Program-made: the position numbers and the translations under genes
Part shown: in pieces, positions 8,521 through 18,192 of the stretch
How positions within the stretch are numbered: position 1 is the stretch's first letter
Layout of the letters: the number at the start of each line of letters is the position of its first letter
DNA from: an uncultured Candidatus Saccharibacteria bacterium
Lineage (GTDB): Bacteria > Patescibacteriota > Minisyncoccia > Phycocordibacterales > UBA9973
Assembly (NCBI GenBank): GCA_964361705.1
Contig: CAYIBP010000001.1
Span: 26,727 to 90,726 of the forward strand
Direction: 5' to 3'
Length of the DNA stretch: 64,000 nt
Notes under the pieces: model-generated
What the model was told of the DNA's origin: nothing
The model's database searches: none
Seen by the model: only the letters and a program-made list of their open reading frames with translations

Positions 8521-11076
8521 ATGAAATCAGATAACAAAAAATCAGTCAGATTGCCTGATCACATAGTCCCAAAAGAATACGACATCACTCTAAAGCCAGA
8601 CCTCAAGAATTTCACTTTTGAAGGCTCTGAATATATTTACATAGATATAGAAAAACCCACGAAAACTATCACATTGCACAGTAAGGAGATAGATATAGAA
8701 ACAGTGCACATAGATATAAATAAAGAAAAAGTTTTCACTAATAAAATCTCTTACGATCAAAAAAATGATACAGCGACTTTTTATTTTCCTAAAACTATAA
8801 ATAAAGGCAAACACAAACTGCACATCGTATTCAAAGGCATACTCAACGACAAAATGCGCGGATTTTATAGCAGTAAATATTTATTACACGAAAAAGAACA
8901 TCATTTAGCCACAACTCAATTTGAATCTACCGATGCGCGTAGAGCCTTCCCTTGTTTTGATGAACCAGCCAAAAAAGCAATCTTTACGGTTTCACTGGTA
9001 GTTCCAAAAGGAAAAACTGCTATTTCAAACACATTGCCTGTCAGCGTAGAAGAGCACGAAAGTGGTTTTGAAGTTATCCGCTTTGCGCCGACACCCTTGA
9101 TGTCCACATATCTCCTCGCCTTCATTGTAGGTGATTTTGAATTTATAGAATCAAAAAGCAAAAGAAATGTAAAAGTTCGTATCTTTACAACTCCCGGAAA
9201 ATTACATCAAGCAAAGTTTGCTCTTGAATGCGCCATAAAAACTTTAGAATTTTACGAAGAATATTTCGACATCCACTATCCTTTAAATACACTAGATATG
9301 ATAGCCATACCAGATTTCCAAGCCGGCGCAATGGAAAACTGGGGCGCAATAACATATAGAGAAAATGCCATATTGGTAGACGAAACTCATTCTTCCACCA
9401 TGAACAAACAATGGGTAGCGCTGGTCATAGCACACGAGATAGCGCATCAATGGTTTGGTAACTTGGTAACAATGGAATGGTGGACCCATCTATGGCTCAA
9501 CGAAGGTTTTGCTGAATACATAGAATTCATGGCAGTAGATAAAATGTTTCCTCACTGGGATATTTGGACTCAATTTTCTACTCACGACTTTGGTGTAGCG
9601 CTACAACTAGATGGATTGACTAACACGCATCCTGTCGAGATCACAGTACATCATCCAGATGAGATAGGAGAAATATTCGATGAAGTTTCTTATTCAAAAG
9701 GCGCGTCTATCATAAAAATGCTTGCAAGTTATCTGGGAGAAAAAGATTTTAGAGATGGCTTGCGATATTATCTAAAAAAACACAGTTATAAAAATACAGA
9801 AACAATCCACCTATGGGACGCGTTTGAAAAAATATCCAAAAAACCTGTAGCGAAAGTAATGCGCAATTGGACCAGTCTCCCCGGTTACCCAATAATAAAA
9901 GCAAAGGAAGAAAAAGGTTATTTGTCTTTGACTCAAAACAGGTTCTTCTCAAGTCCTATATCGCGCAAGAAAAATAAAAAGAAAACACTCTGGCAAGTGC
10001 CAGTAGTTTTGGGCAATGAAAAAGATAAAAATGTACTGTTACTGACAAAAGAAAATGAAAAGATAGAAAGCAAAGATGGTTGGCTAAAAATAAACCTGGG
10101 TGAAAGCGGATTTTTCCGTGTTGCATACTCAAAAGAACTTTTGGATCAATTGATAGAGCCGGTACTAAACAAGACTTTGTCAGCCCGTGACAGATTGGGT
10201 ATAGCGCGTGATTTGTTTGCTTTGTCTGAATCAGGAGATATTCAAACAAGCGAGGCATTGTCATTCTTGAAAGCTTTTAGAAATGAAGAAGATTATACGG
10301 TCTGGCTTGAAATATCTACTGGCCTATCAAAATTGGAGCAAATATTTCATAACACAAAAATATCAAAGTCTTTAGACTCACTCAATATCGAATTGTTTTC
10401 TGCGCCATTTAAAAGACTTGGTTGGGATAAAAAAGAAAACGAATCCCACACTGATCCAATGCTCCGATCTCTATGTATATCTAGATTAGGCAAAGCTGGA
10501 GATAAAAAAGTAATTAGCGAAGCCAAAAAAAGATTTAATAGTCTAAAAAAAGGTAAATATCTAGAACCAGATTTGAGAAGCGCTGTATACAAAATAATAG
10601 CCAGCGTGGGAAGTATGAAAGAATACAATTATTTCATAGAAAGATACAAGCAAGAAACTTTGCACGAAGAAAAGTACAGAATAGGCGCTGGATTGGCAGA
10701 TTTCAAGCAAGATAAAATCTTGTCTCTAGTTGCCCATTTTGCAATATCTACAGATGTCCGCACACAAGACACAGTCTATTTATTGTCTGCTCTGGCACAC
10801 AACCCTCTCGGTAGAAATGTCTGGTTCAAGTGTTTAAAACTAAACTGGAAAATGTTTGTATCAAAATATGGCGACGGAGGACATACTTTAGCTAGACTAG
10901 TGAAATCAATATCAAATAGCGCAGAAGCAAAACACCTAAAATCTTTTAAAACATTTTTCAAAACTCACGAAGCCCCCGGAGCAACCCGCGCCATCGAACA
11001 AGTGATCGAAAAAATTGAATCAAATATCTTGTGGCTGGAAAGAGACAAAAAGAGTATAAAGAGGTATTTTAATTAG
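8521..11076 (+). CDS. pepN: M1 family aminopeptidase (puromycin-sensitive type)
   Basis: GAMENWG, HEIAHQW...NEGFA, YSKG; ERAP1-like C-terminus. Confidence 0.92.
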   Translation: MKSDNKKSVRLPDHIVPKEYDITLKPDLKNFTFEGSEYIYIDIEKPTKTITLHSKEIDIETVHIDINKEKVFTNKISYDQKNDTATFYFPKTINKGKHKLHIVFKGILNDKMRGFYSSKYLLHEKEHHLATTQFESTDARRAFPCFDEPAKKAIFTVSLVVPKGKTAISNTLPVSVEEHESGFEVIRFAPTPLMSTYLLAFIVGDFEFIESKSKRNVKVRIFTTPGKLHQAKFALECAIKTLEFYEEYFDIHYPLNTLDMIAIPDFQAGAMENWGAITYRENAILVDETHSSTMNKQWVALVIAHEIAHQWFGNLVTMEWWTHLWLNEGFAEYIEFMAVDKMFPHWDIWTQFSTHDFGVALQLDGLTNTHPVEITVHHPDEIGEIFDEVSYSKGASIIKMLASYLGEKDFRDGLRYYLKKHSYKNTETIHLWDAFEKISKKPVAKVMRNWTSLPGYPIIKAKEEKGYLSLTQNRFFSSPISRKKNKKKTLWQVPVVLGNEKDKNVLLLTKENEKIESKDGWLKINLGESGFFRVAYSKELLDQLIEPVLNKTLSARDRLGIARDLFALSESGDIQTSEALSFLKAFRNEEDYTVWLEISTGLSKLEQIFHNTKISKSLDSLNIELFSAPFKRLGWDKKENESHTDPMLRSLCISRLGKAGDKKVISEAKKRFNSLKKGKYLEPDLRSAVYKIIASVGSMKEYNYFIERYKQETLHEEKYRIGAGLADFKQDKILSLVAHFAISTDVRTQDTVYLLSALAHNPLGRNVWFKCLKLNWKMFVSKYGDGGHTLARLVKSISNSAEAKHLKSFKTFFKTHEAPGATRAIEQVIEKIESNILWLERDKKSIKRYFN

Positions 11077-11981
11077 TATCTGTAGTTATCGCCTTCTTTA
11101 AAAATAGGTTTTTTCATTTCTTTCTGTGCAGAGTGACCCATACAAGCGCGAGTTAAACCATACATTTCTAGTGAAGTCGGAGAAACTCCTGATCTAATTT
11201 TTTCTAACATATTTCTTGCAAATTCTAAATTCAATGAATCTTCTTTAGATATTGCACGGCTTATAACAACATAAGAGATGTCGAGGTCTTTTTCGCCAGA
11301 AAAATTATTTATTTGATAAATGGTATCTATCGATACATAGCTAGATTTTAAATTGGTACCAGTCACATTGGAAATATACCAGGCAAACTGCTGTCCCTTC
11401 ATTTGAATAAATTTACCATTCTCATTTTTTTCCGTGAATTTCTCTTTTTGTATTTCCCACTGGGGCTTCGCTTCATAATTGAAACCAATGAGAGCTATCC
11501 CTTTTGAATCCCTAACTATCAAACCTCTTTCAAAAGGAAATTTTTGATCACGAATAAATACTGAATCTTTTTCTGGACTCAAAAAACCAGCGAAATTAAA
11601 CTCATTCATCAACAATTCACCAAAGACACGCCCTGTCACATTTATACGTTTTGTCTTATCAAGATAATCAACATCGTTGTCTTTTTTCACACACGCAGAA
11701 AAAAATAAAAGTATAGCACATAGGTATGCTTTATGAAAAAATGAATGGTGTTCCTTCTTTAAATCTTTCCATCTTCTAGATATCAGTAATTCTATCCCAT
11801 TGATAGTTGACCCCAACTTTTTATTTTCAAATCGAGACATCTTGTGAATAACTTTTGAAATATCTTCCGCTCCGCCAATTCTTTTTACCAAACTTTCAAT
11901 TTGACTTAAAATATCATTAAATCTCTTGCGTTCGTGGTTTAGTATTGTTTCTTTGTCTTTATTGTTTCTGCTTGTTTCCAT
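11073..11981 (-). CDS. Hypothetical protein with internal hydrophobic/lipobox-like segment
   Basis: 302-aa ORF; AYLCAILLFFSAC near residues 85-97; no recognised family. Confidence 0.6.
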   Translation of the reverse strand: METSRNNKDKETILNHERKRFNDILSQIESLVKRIGGAEDISKVIHKMSRFENKKLGSTINGIELLISRRWKDLKKEHHSFFHKAYLCAILLFFSACVKKDNDVDYLDKTKRINVTGRVFGELLMNEFNFAGFLSPEKDSVFIRDQKFPFERGLIVRDSKGIALIGFNYEAKPQWEIQKEKFTEKNENGKFIQMKGQQFAWYISNVTGTNLKSSYVSIDTIYQINNFSGEKDLDISYVVISRAISKEDSLNLEFARNMLEKIRSGVSPTSLEMYGLTRACMGHSAQKEMKKPIFKEGDNYRY

Positions 11982-12105
11982 TTGCTTTATTTTTATCCTT
12001 GAACACTTCTATTTCAGTTAAAAACGATTTGATTAACTCCAAGTAATCATTGAGCACAAATAGTGCTTCTGCGTTCTCTTTAATTTTTTCTTTATTCTTT
12101 AACAT
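11959..12105 (-). CDS. Small hypothetical ORF (48 aa)
   Basis: MLKNKEKIKENAEALFVLNDYLELIKSFLTEIEVFKDKNKANGNKQKQ; fills the gap and overlaps the next start. Confidence 0.4.
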   Translation of the reverse strand: MLKNKEKIKENAEALFVLNDYLELIKSFLTEIEVFKDKNKANGNKQKQ

Positions 12106-12139
12106 CTTGTTTGTATTATTTATTACAAAGATGAATATG

Positions 12140-12469
12140 TCATAACATCACATCAATCTTCTTCGCTAAAATAAAATCGTTCTCGGAAAGGCCGTTTATG
12201 GCATGAGTAGAGAGGTCTAAGGTGACTTTGTTGTAATGAATATGTATATCCGGATGGTGAACTTCTTCTTCGGCTATATCTGCCACACGATCCACAAAAT
12301 CCATTGATTCCAAAAAATTCTTGAATTTAAATTCTTTACTTATATCTTTTGCATCAGTAGACAATACCCAAGTATGCACTTCATCTAAATAATCTTGTAA
12401 ATCAGAACCAGAGAGAGGTATCACTCCCCCTTCGCATGGCACGCATTTTTTGTTTAATAAATCTTTCAT
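12140..12469 (-). CDS. phhB: Pterin-4a-carbinolamine dehydratase
   Basis: CVPCEGG, FKFKNF, HHPDIHI, THAINGLSENDFILA. Confidence 0.9.
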   Translation of the reverse strand: MKDLLNKKCVPCEGGVIPLSGSDLQDYLDEVHTWVLSTDAKDISKEFKFKNFLESMDFVDRVADIAEEEVHHPDIHIHYNKVTLDLSTHAINGLSENDFILAKKIDVML

Positions 12470-12492
12470 CTTAATTTATATTCTTTAGAATT

Positions 12493-13425
12493 TTAAGCCG
12501 TAGCAACAATTTGATTTTCTTTTTGCAACTCTGTAATTTTATAAATACTAAATACTAATGCCAATGCCGCTATCCATTGCGTAAAAGAAAGACTTTGTTT
12601 GAAAATTATCATATCCAAGAATACTGCTATAAATGGAAATGTAAGTTCTAGAATAGTAGAGATATGTACTGGGGTTTTTGAGAGCCCTTTATAATAGATA
12701 AGTAGGGCCACCATACCAGTGGAGACAGCAATCAATGCCAAGTAGCCAAACTGGGCAGTAGTCGGCGCGGACAAACTTGAACCGTATCCAAACAAAAGTA
12801 TCACTGGCAAGGCTACAATAGTGGCAAACAAGAATCTATAAAAAGTGCTGACTTGCGCGCTCACCTTTCCTAAAAGCATTTTGGAAAATGTAGTGGAAGA
12901 CCCCCAAGCAAAGGCTGCACCGAGCGCATATAAAGCCGCTATCACTGTGCCTGCGCCAGTTGATAGATTAATGTAACCATTTTTAAATGTAATAAAGTAC
13001 GCCGACACTATAGCGAGCACCGCCCAGACGGCGTACCTCTTGTCCATCTTTTCTTTCAAAAATATTCTGGCTGAAACTATCGCAAAGAGAGGCTGCAACT
13101 TTTGCAAGAGAAATACGACAGAAAGAGTGATGAAATTCACTTTGAGCAACGCTGTAGTGAACCACATAGTACCCAAGACTCCACTAAATGCTGATATCCA
13201 AATGATAAGCCAAAATTCTTTTTTTGTGAATCTAGTCGTAAAAACTTTTTTGTAAATAAAAGGAAAGAGAATCACAAGACCTATCAAATGCTCAAAGAAT
13301 ATGATCGTGATCGGTGGCAAGCTATACAAATGCCGGCGAATTATCCCATCAAACGCCCACAAAAACGCGGCGACTAATATAAGCACGGGACCCTGAACTT
13401 TTAAATTTTTTATAGTTTCTAACAT
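12493..13425 (-). CDS. DMT/EamA family transporter
   Basis: About 10 TMs in two EamA repeats; LQPLF...FLKEK. Confidence 0.85.
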   Translation of the reverse strand: MLETIKNLKVQGPVLILVAAFLWAFDGIIRRHLYSLPPITIIFFEHLIGLVILFPFIYKKVFTTRFTKKEFWLIIWISAFSGVLGTMWFTTALLKVNFITLSVVFLLQKLQPLFAIVSARIFLKEKMDKRYAVWAVLAIVSAYFITFKNGYINLSTGAGTVIAALYALGAAFAWGSSTTFSKMLLGKVSAQVSTFYRFLFATIVALPVILLFGYGSSLSAPTTAQFGYLALIAVSTGMVALLIYYKGLSKTPVHISTILELTFPFIAVFLDMIIFKQSLSFTQWIAALALVFSIYKITELQKENQIVATA

Positions 13426-13778
13426 TTTTTTAAATCTTTTTTAATTTGAATAATCAATTCTTTTTCAGTTTCGAAATTCATAAACTTTCTGATGAATTTT
13501 TCAAGCCTGAGCTCTATCTTTTCTCCGTAAATATCTTTTTTGAAACCAATCAAATGCGCCTCTATCTTTGGCAGATTATTTTTATCTACTGGGCCAATGA
13601 TTATTCCCGCTTTGTATATTTTATCACTAATTTCGACATTCCCAGCATATATTCCAAGTTTAGGCTTTGTTTTTAAGTTAGCAAAACCGCGCCTTTCGAT
13701 ATTAGCCGTAGGAAAACCTATTTTTCTGCCATAGCCATCGCCTTTTATTACCTTGCCAGATATTGTATAAATTTTCAT
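13419..13778 (-). CDS. Stand-alone riboflavin kinase (no FAD synthetase domain)
   Basis: GKVIKGDGYGRKIGFPTAN, GIYAG, EAHL, IYGEKI, LIIQIKKD. Confidence 0.85.
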   Translation of the reverse strand: MKIYTISGKVIKGDGYGRKIGFPTANIERRGFANLKTKPKLGIYAGNVEISDKIYKAGIIIGPVDKNNLPKIEAHLIGFKKDIYGEKIELRLEKFIRKFMNFETEKELIIQIKKDLKKC

Positions 13779-13781
13779 TTT

Positions 13782-15128
13782 CTAGTACCCTTCATTGTTT
13801 AATCTCTCATCTATTCTGTTCATATCACGAGGAAACATACAAGCCTCGCGGATATTTTTCAATCCCAATAATTGCATTGTAATGCGCTCAGCTCCAAAAG
13901 CAAAACCGCCTTCGGGCGGAACCCCGTATTTAAAAGCATCAAGAAACATTTTTATTTTTTGCGGATCCATTTTCCATATTTCGACATGCTTCATCAATTG
14001 ATCATAATCATTTATTCTTCTACCTCCAGAGAGCCATTCGACACCTCGGCAGATCAAGTCCATACCTTCATTGAATTCAGGATTTTCAGGATTCGGATAA
14101 ACATAAAAAGGTTTTTTCCTCGTAGGGTAACCATAAATAAAAACGAAATCAGAACCAGTTTCTTCTTTGATTATTTCACAAATTTCCCTCTCGTCCTGAG
14201 GATTTGTATCTTTCTCGCCTCGTACATCTCGTCCATTTTTCTCAAATATCTTCTGTTGAACTTCCGTCAAAGACAAAGTGGGTGTTTTTTCCAACATCAC
14301 AGGAAGTGTGGCATTCAAGACTTTCAAATGTTCGGCATTTTTTGATGCAACTTGTTTCAATATAAATCTCACAGTTTCTTCTGCCATATCGCGTACATCT
14401 TTCCAGGATTCAATAAAACTCATTTCAGCATCGAGAGAAACTATTTCCGTCAGATGTCTAGTGGTAGATGAAGGTTCAGCGCGAAAAACTTTATTCACAG
14501 AAAAACATCTTTCAAAAGCGGACATCACTATTTGCTTGTAAAGTTGCGGAGATTGTGTCAGGTATGCTTTTTTGTCAAAATAATCAACTTGAAAAACTTC
14601 TGCTCCACCTTCGGCTGTCGCTGGGGCGATAGAAGGCGCTTGAAATTCAAAAAAATTATTCTGCTTCATGAATTCTCGGAAAGAATCGATGATAGTTTCT
14701 TGCACTTTAAAAATAGCCTGCACTTTCGGCTGTCTCAAAACGAGAGATCTATTGTCTAACTCAGTTGTCAAATCAAGATTGTAACCATCCATTGACATGT
14801 CAAAAGGAAGAGGTGCCGCTTTTGCCAATACTACAATACCAAGCACCTCGAGCTCGAGATCACCGTTTGCCACACCAGCTTTTATATTTTTTTCTGGACG
14901 CTTGTTGACAATACCAGTCATTTTCAAAACCCATTCTGGTCTCACCTCTTTAGCTTTTTCAATTGCTTCAACATGACTAGGCAGGACCACGCACTGCACG
15001 CGACCTGTCATATCGCGCATATCAAAAAACACCATCTTGCCTTGATCGCGCCTCACATCCACCCAACCCGAAATACTTATCTCCTCGCCTATATGATCTT
15101 TGAGATCTTTGATGTATGTTCTTTGCAT
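13782..15128 (-). CDS. aspS: Aspartyl-tRNA synthetase, short archaeal-like (probably non-discriminating) type
   Basis: Start MQRTYIKDL; GWV..RDQG OB fold, YLTQSPQLYKQ, FRAE, YGVPPEGGFAFGAER; upstream T-box has Asp specifier. Confidence 0.88.
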   Translation of the reverse strand: MQRTYIKDLKDHIGEEISISGWVDVRRDQGKMVFFDMRDMTGRVQCVVLPSHVEAIEKAKEVRPEWVLKMTGIVNKRPEKNIKAGVANGDLELEVLGIVVLAKAAPLPFDMSMDGYNLDLTTELDNRSLVLRQPKVQAIFKVQETIIDSFREFMKQNNFFEFQAPSIAPATAEGGAEVFQVDYFDKKAYLTQSPQLYKQIVMSAFERCFSVNKVFRAEPSSTTRHLTEIVSLDAEMSFIESWKDVRDMAEETVRFILKQVASKNAEHLKVLNATLPVMLEKTPTLSLTEVQQKIFEKNGRDVRGEKDTNPQDEREICEIIKEETGSDFVFIYGYPTRKKPFYVYPNPENPEFNEGMDLICRGVEWLSGGRRINDYDQLMKHVEIWKMDPQKIKMFLDAFKYGVPPEGGFAFGAERITMQLLGLKNIREACMFPRDMNRIDERLNNEGY

Positions 15129-15147
15129 AAAAATTAAATTCTTGGAG

Positions 15148-15342
15148 AAATAAAAAATCGCCTCTCCAAACTTAACCAACTTAAACGCACAGTTGATAAA
15201 TTTGCAGGGGCGATTTTTCAAACCGCGGTGCCACCCTACTTTATGCTTGATTCTAAATCTTTTCGCGATTTCTTCGGAGGATTCTACTCGCCAAACAATG
15301 GCTTTCCTTCCCCACCTCCCCAGTGTCAACTGGTTCAAAGGC
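15148..15342 (-). ncRNA. T-box riboswitch (Asp, GAC specifier), ultrashort Stem I, transcription-attenuation type
   Basis: Stem I GCC-UUU-GA-A-CCAG-UU[GAC]A-CUGG-GGA-GGU; Stem II with AGUA/GAA; antiterminator AGGG-UGGCACC-GCGGU...AUCGC-CCCU; long terminator ending GGCGAUUUUUU. Confidence 0.88.
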
Positions 15343-15385
15343 TATGTATATATGTTAATACATTTAAAATAAATAGCAATGCCAT

Positions 15386-15844
15386 TTAGACATTGCTATT
15401 TTTGATAATGGGCAGAATCCCCACCCTGGGACTCGCCCGCCTCTCAGCATAGTAGTCATATATATCAACAAGACCATTTCTGGTCTTACCAACACATACG
15501 ACAAACCTTGCTCTCCCCAGCAGAAAAAAGGTTTGTGTCCTGGTCCATTCTCCTAAAAGACACGAATTCTCCGAAGGTCCGAGGATCAAATCAACAACTT
15601 CCTCGGCTGAAGGAACAACTGATCCCTTGGGCAAAAAGATCATTTGTTCCTTCATGACTTTATATCTGGTAACATTCAGCATGTTACCTTCATCAGGCAC
15701 AGTAAAAGATCCTTGTGTTCTAGTTTTCGAGAATCTTTTATTGTGCCACCAAGGCTTGGGACCAGGGTCAATCACAAACCTTTCTGGATTAGCGTCATAC
15801 CAATCCAGAATGCTTTTACCTGTACAAACGTGAAGGATTTCCAT
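15386..15844 (-). CDS. Hypothetical protein
   Basis: ORF with strong SD (AAAGGAGG) before MEILHVC; no recognised family. Confidence 0.55.
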   Translation of the reverse strand: MEILHVCTGKSILDWYDANPERFVIDPGPKPWWHNKRFSKTRTQGSFTVPDEGNMLNVTRYKVMKEQMIFLPKGSVVPSAEEVVDLILGPSENSCLLGEWTRTQTFFLLGRARFVVCVGKTRNGLVDIYDYYAERRASPRVGILPIIKNSNV

Positions 15845-15877
15845 GCATCCTCCTTTGTTTATTAAGAACATAGGGTC

Positions 15878-16213
15878 TTATAGCAAAACCCCTTCCCAAA
15901 CTTGGGAAGGGGTTAAATTGCTTTTTAAGTATTTATACAAAAAGAAACACAACCCTCTCTCAAGTTTGAAAGTTTGAAAGGGTTTCTTATAAATATTTCT
16001 TGTATCTATAAAAAATTTCATAAAATTAGTGAGTTAAAATAATAAAAGCCCCTTTCGAGGGCTCATCTTTGGTATCGTTTTTTGTTGGGCTTTACTTTTT
16101 AACAATAGCAAATATGGGCTCTCGAGAGAGTTTTAAAATAAAAGAAAGCCCCAAATTTATTTACCATATTTAACATCACGAATATATTGTAATCCTATTA
16201 AAAAATATGTCAA
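15878..16213 (-). promoter_or_regulatory. Promoter plus two tandem uORF/terminator-antiterminator units
   Basis: TTGACA-N16-TACAAT; uORFs 16167-16099 and 16021-15878; terminators GAGCCCTCGAAAGGGGCTTTT and AACCCCTTCCCAAGTTTGGGAAGGGGTTTT, each with an upstream complementary segment. Confidence 0.5.
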
Positions 16214-16230
16214 TATGTCCAGAAAAATCA

Positions 16231-17217
16231 CTATTTTTGTTTACCAATACCTTTTTCTAATCCTTCATTTAATATTTGCTCCAACAATTCTCCGTTCTCG
16301 TAATTATGTAAAGCGTTTTCATCAGAATGCATCACATAACGATCAACATACTCAAAAAGTTCTCCAGCTAAATGTTCTTTTCCTTGCCTCTTAGCAAAAC
16401 CACCCAAATTATCTTCAACTATTTTGGTTGGAAATGTAGCATCTTTATTTGATGTAACAAGAGAGACTTGGGTTTTACCATGAGTATGAATATCGTACAA
16501 TAATAGCAATAGATTCATTTTTACTAATCCAGGTATTTCTTTCAAAAGTCTAAAGAGTTTATATTTTCTGCCTTCATAATATTTATTATGAGTCTGAGCA
16601 TGATTTTGCATCTTTTGTTTTTTATCTTTATCTAGTTCATTACTAATAGCTAATTTGAGTTCTTCTTTCTCTTTTAAAGATCTTTTTATCAATCCTATCG
16701 TAGAATCTTTTCCGTATAAACCCGCAGGGTTTAAAAGAATCAATTTATCAACCAAATTCGGCAGAGCTGTCGCCAACACTGTCCCCAGCACACCACCTTG
16801 TGAATGCCCTACAACATCAGCATTCTCTATGTTTAAGTGTTGAACCACAGCCAAAAGTTCATTTGTTTTATTTTTAATCACCTCAGGCAGATCTTTCATA
16901 TTACCCCTTTCTTCAAACAAAGAGCTCTTGTTTTTTATTTTTATTCCATACAAAGGATTCACAAAAATAACCTTGCGCCCAGAAATTACTAATTTCAATA
17001 TCTCTTTTTGATACGCACCAGCATCTTTGCCAAAACCACCTATGAATATGATTGGTTTTTGTGAGATTAAATCTTGTTTTGGTGAAAACTCATAATATTT
17101 TATCTCATGATTTTCAAAATCAAAATATTCTGGTTCCTTAAAATTTTTTGCGTATTCGCCACTTATCTTTTTTAATTCACTAGCAGGAAGTCCTGAAGCT
17201 TCAATTCCTGTCATCAT
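16231..17217 (-). CDS. Alpha/beta hydrolase
   Basis: IFIGGFG, GHSQGG nucleophile elbow, LILLNPAG, late His. Confidence 0.8.
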   Translation of the reverse strand: MMTGIEASGLPASELKKISGEYAKNFKEPEYFDFENHEIKYYEFSPKQDLISQKPIIFIGGFGKDAGAYQKEILKLVISGRKVIFVNPLYGIKIKNKSSLFEERGNMKDLPEVIKNKTNELLAVVQHLNIENADVVGHSQGGVLGTVLATALPNLVDKLILLNPAGLYGKDSTIGLIKRSLKEKEELKLAISNELDKDKKQKMQNHAQTHNKYYEGRKYKLFRLLKEIPGLVKMNLLLLLYDIHTHGKTQVSLVTSNKDATFPTKIVEDNLGGFAKRQGKEHLAGELFEYVDRYVMHSDENALHNYENGELLEQILNEGLEKGIGKQK

Positions 17218-17222
17218 AAAAA

Positions 17223-18173
17223 TTAGCTTATTTTTACCCCGACCTTTTCCTTAACTTCTTTCATTTTACTTGAAGCCACCAGTTTTGCTTTTTCGCTGCC
17301 TTGTTTTAAGATCTCAAAAACTCTCGGTATGTCTTTTTCAAGCCCTCTTCTCCTCTCTCGCATAGGCGCTATAAATTTCTCCAAATCTTCTATGAGCATT
17401 TCTTTCAATTCTTTGTATTTGCCTGCCTTACTCTCGTAAATAGCTAAAAGTTCTGGCGCGGAACGAAGCAGACTGTGTATCGCGTAAACATTCTTTGGGA
17501 TACCTTCGCCTGAGTCTGTAACTATGCCCATCACGCATTTTTTTATTTCTTCATATTCAGCAAAAAGAGGAATGGTATTGCCGTAGCTCTTTGACATCTT
17601 TCTGCCGTCGAGCCCAGGGACCACGGAGACATCTTGCAGAATTATTGGCTTTGGTAATTTAAATTCCTCGCTGTATGTGTTGTTAAACTTTTCTGCTATA
17701 TCACGCGCTATTTCCACATGTTGTTTTTGATCGGCTCCCACAGGCACAACATCAGTATCATAAAGCAAGATATCCGCCGCCATAAGTACTGGGTAATTAA
17801 AAGTCCCCACATCTATTTCTTTATTTTTTGCCTCGGCGTCTTTGAAGGCATGCGCTCGCATCAGAAAAGGCATCGTGGTGATGGTATCAAAAATCCAAGC
17901 GAGCTCTGTGTGTTCGGAAATACTGCTCTGTTGAAAAAAAGTAGCTTTTTCAGGATCGAGTCCAACAGCCAAGAAATCCAAGGTGACATTTATTATATTT
18001 TCCCGCATTTCTTTTGGTTTGCGTAAAGAATGAAGCGCATGATAATCCGCAATCATCATAAAACACTCATAATCGTCTTGCATATCTACGAGTTGTTTCA
18101 TCATGCTGAAATAATTGCCGATATGAGGCTTGCCAGAGGGCTGTATTCCCGATAAAAGTATTTTTTTGGGCAT
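17223..18173 (-). CDS. trpS: Tryptophanyl-tRNA synthetase
   Basis: SGIQPSG..HIGNY, YPVLMAADIL, VPVGADQKQH, KMSKS. Confidence 0.96.
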   Translation of the reverse strand: MPKKILLSGIQPSGKPHIGNYFSMMKQLVDMQDDYECFMMIADYHALHSLRKPKEMRENIINVTLDFLAVGLDPEKATFFQQSSISEHTELAWIFDTITTMPFLMRAHAFKDAEAKNKEIDVGTFNYPVLMAADILLYDTDVVPVGADQKQHVEIARDIAEKFNNTYSEEFKLPKPIILQDVSVVPGLDGRKMSKSYGNTIPLFAEYEEIKKCVMGIVTDSGEGIPKNVYAIHSLLRSAPELLAIYESKAGKYKELKEMLIEDLEKFIAPMRERRRGLEKDIPRVFEILKQGSEKAKLVASSKMKEVKEKVGVKIS

Positions 18174-18192
18174 ATGATTCTATATTAACACA

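Noticed and set aside
15129-15338. 70-aa N-terminal extension of AspRS in the ORF track
   Set aside because: This region is the T-box leader and terminator; homology begins at MQRTYIKDL (15128)
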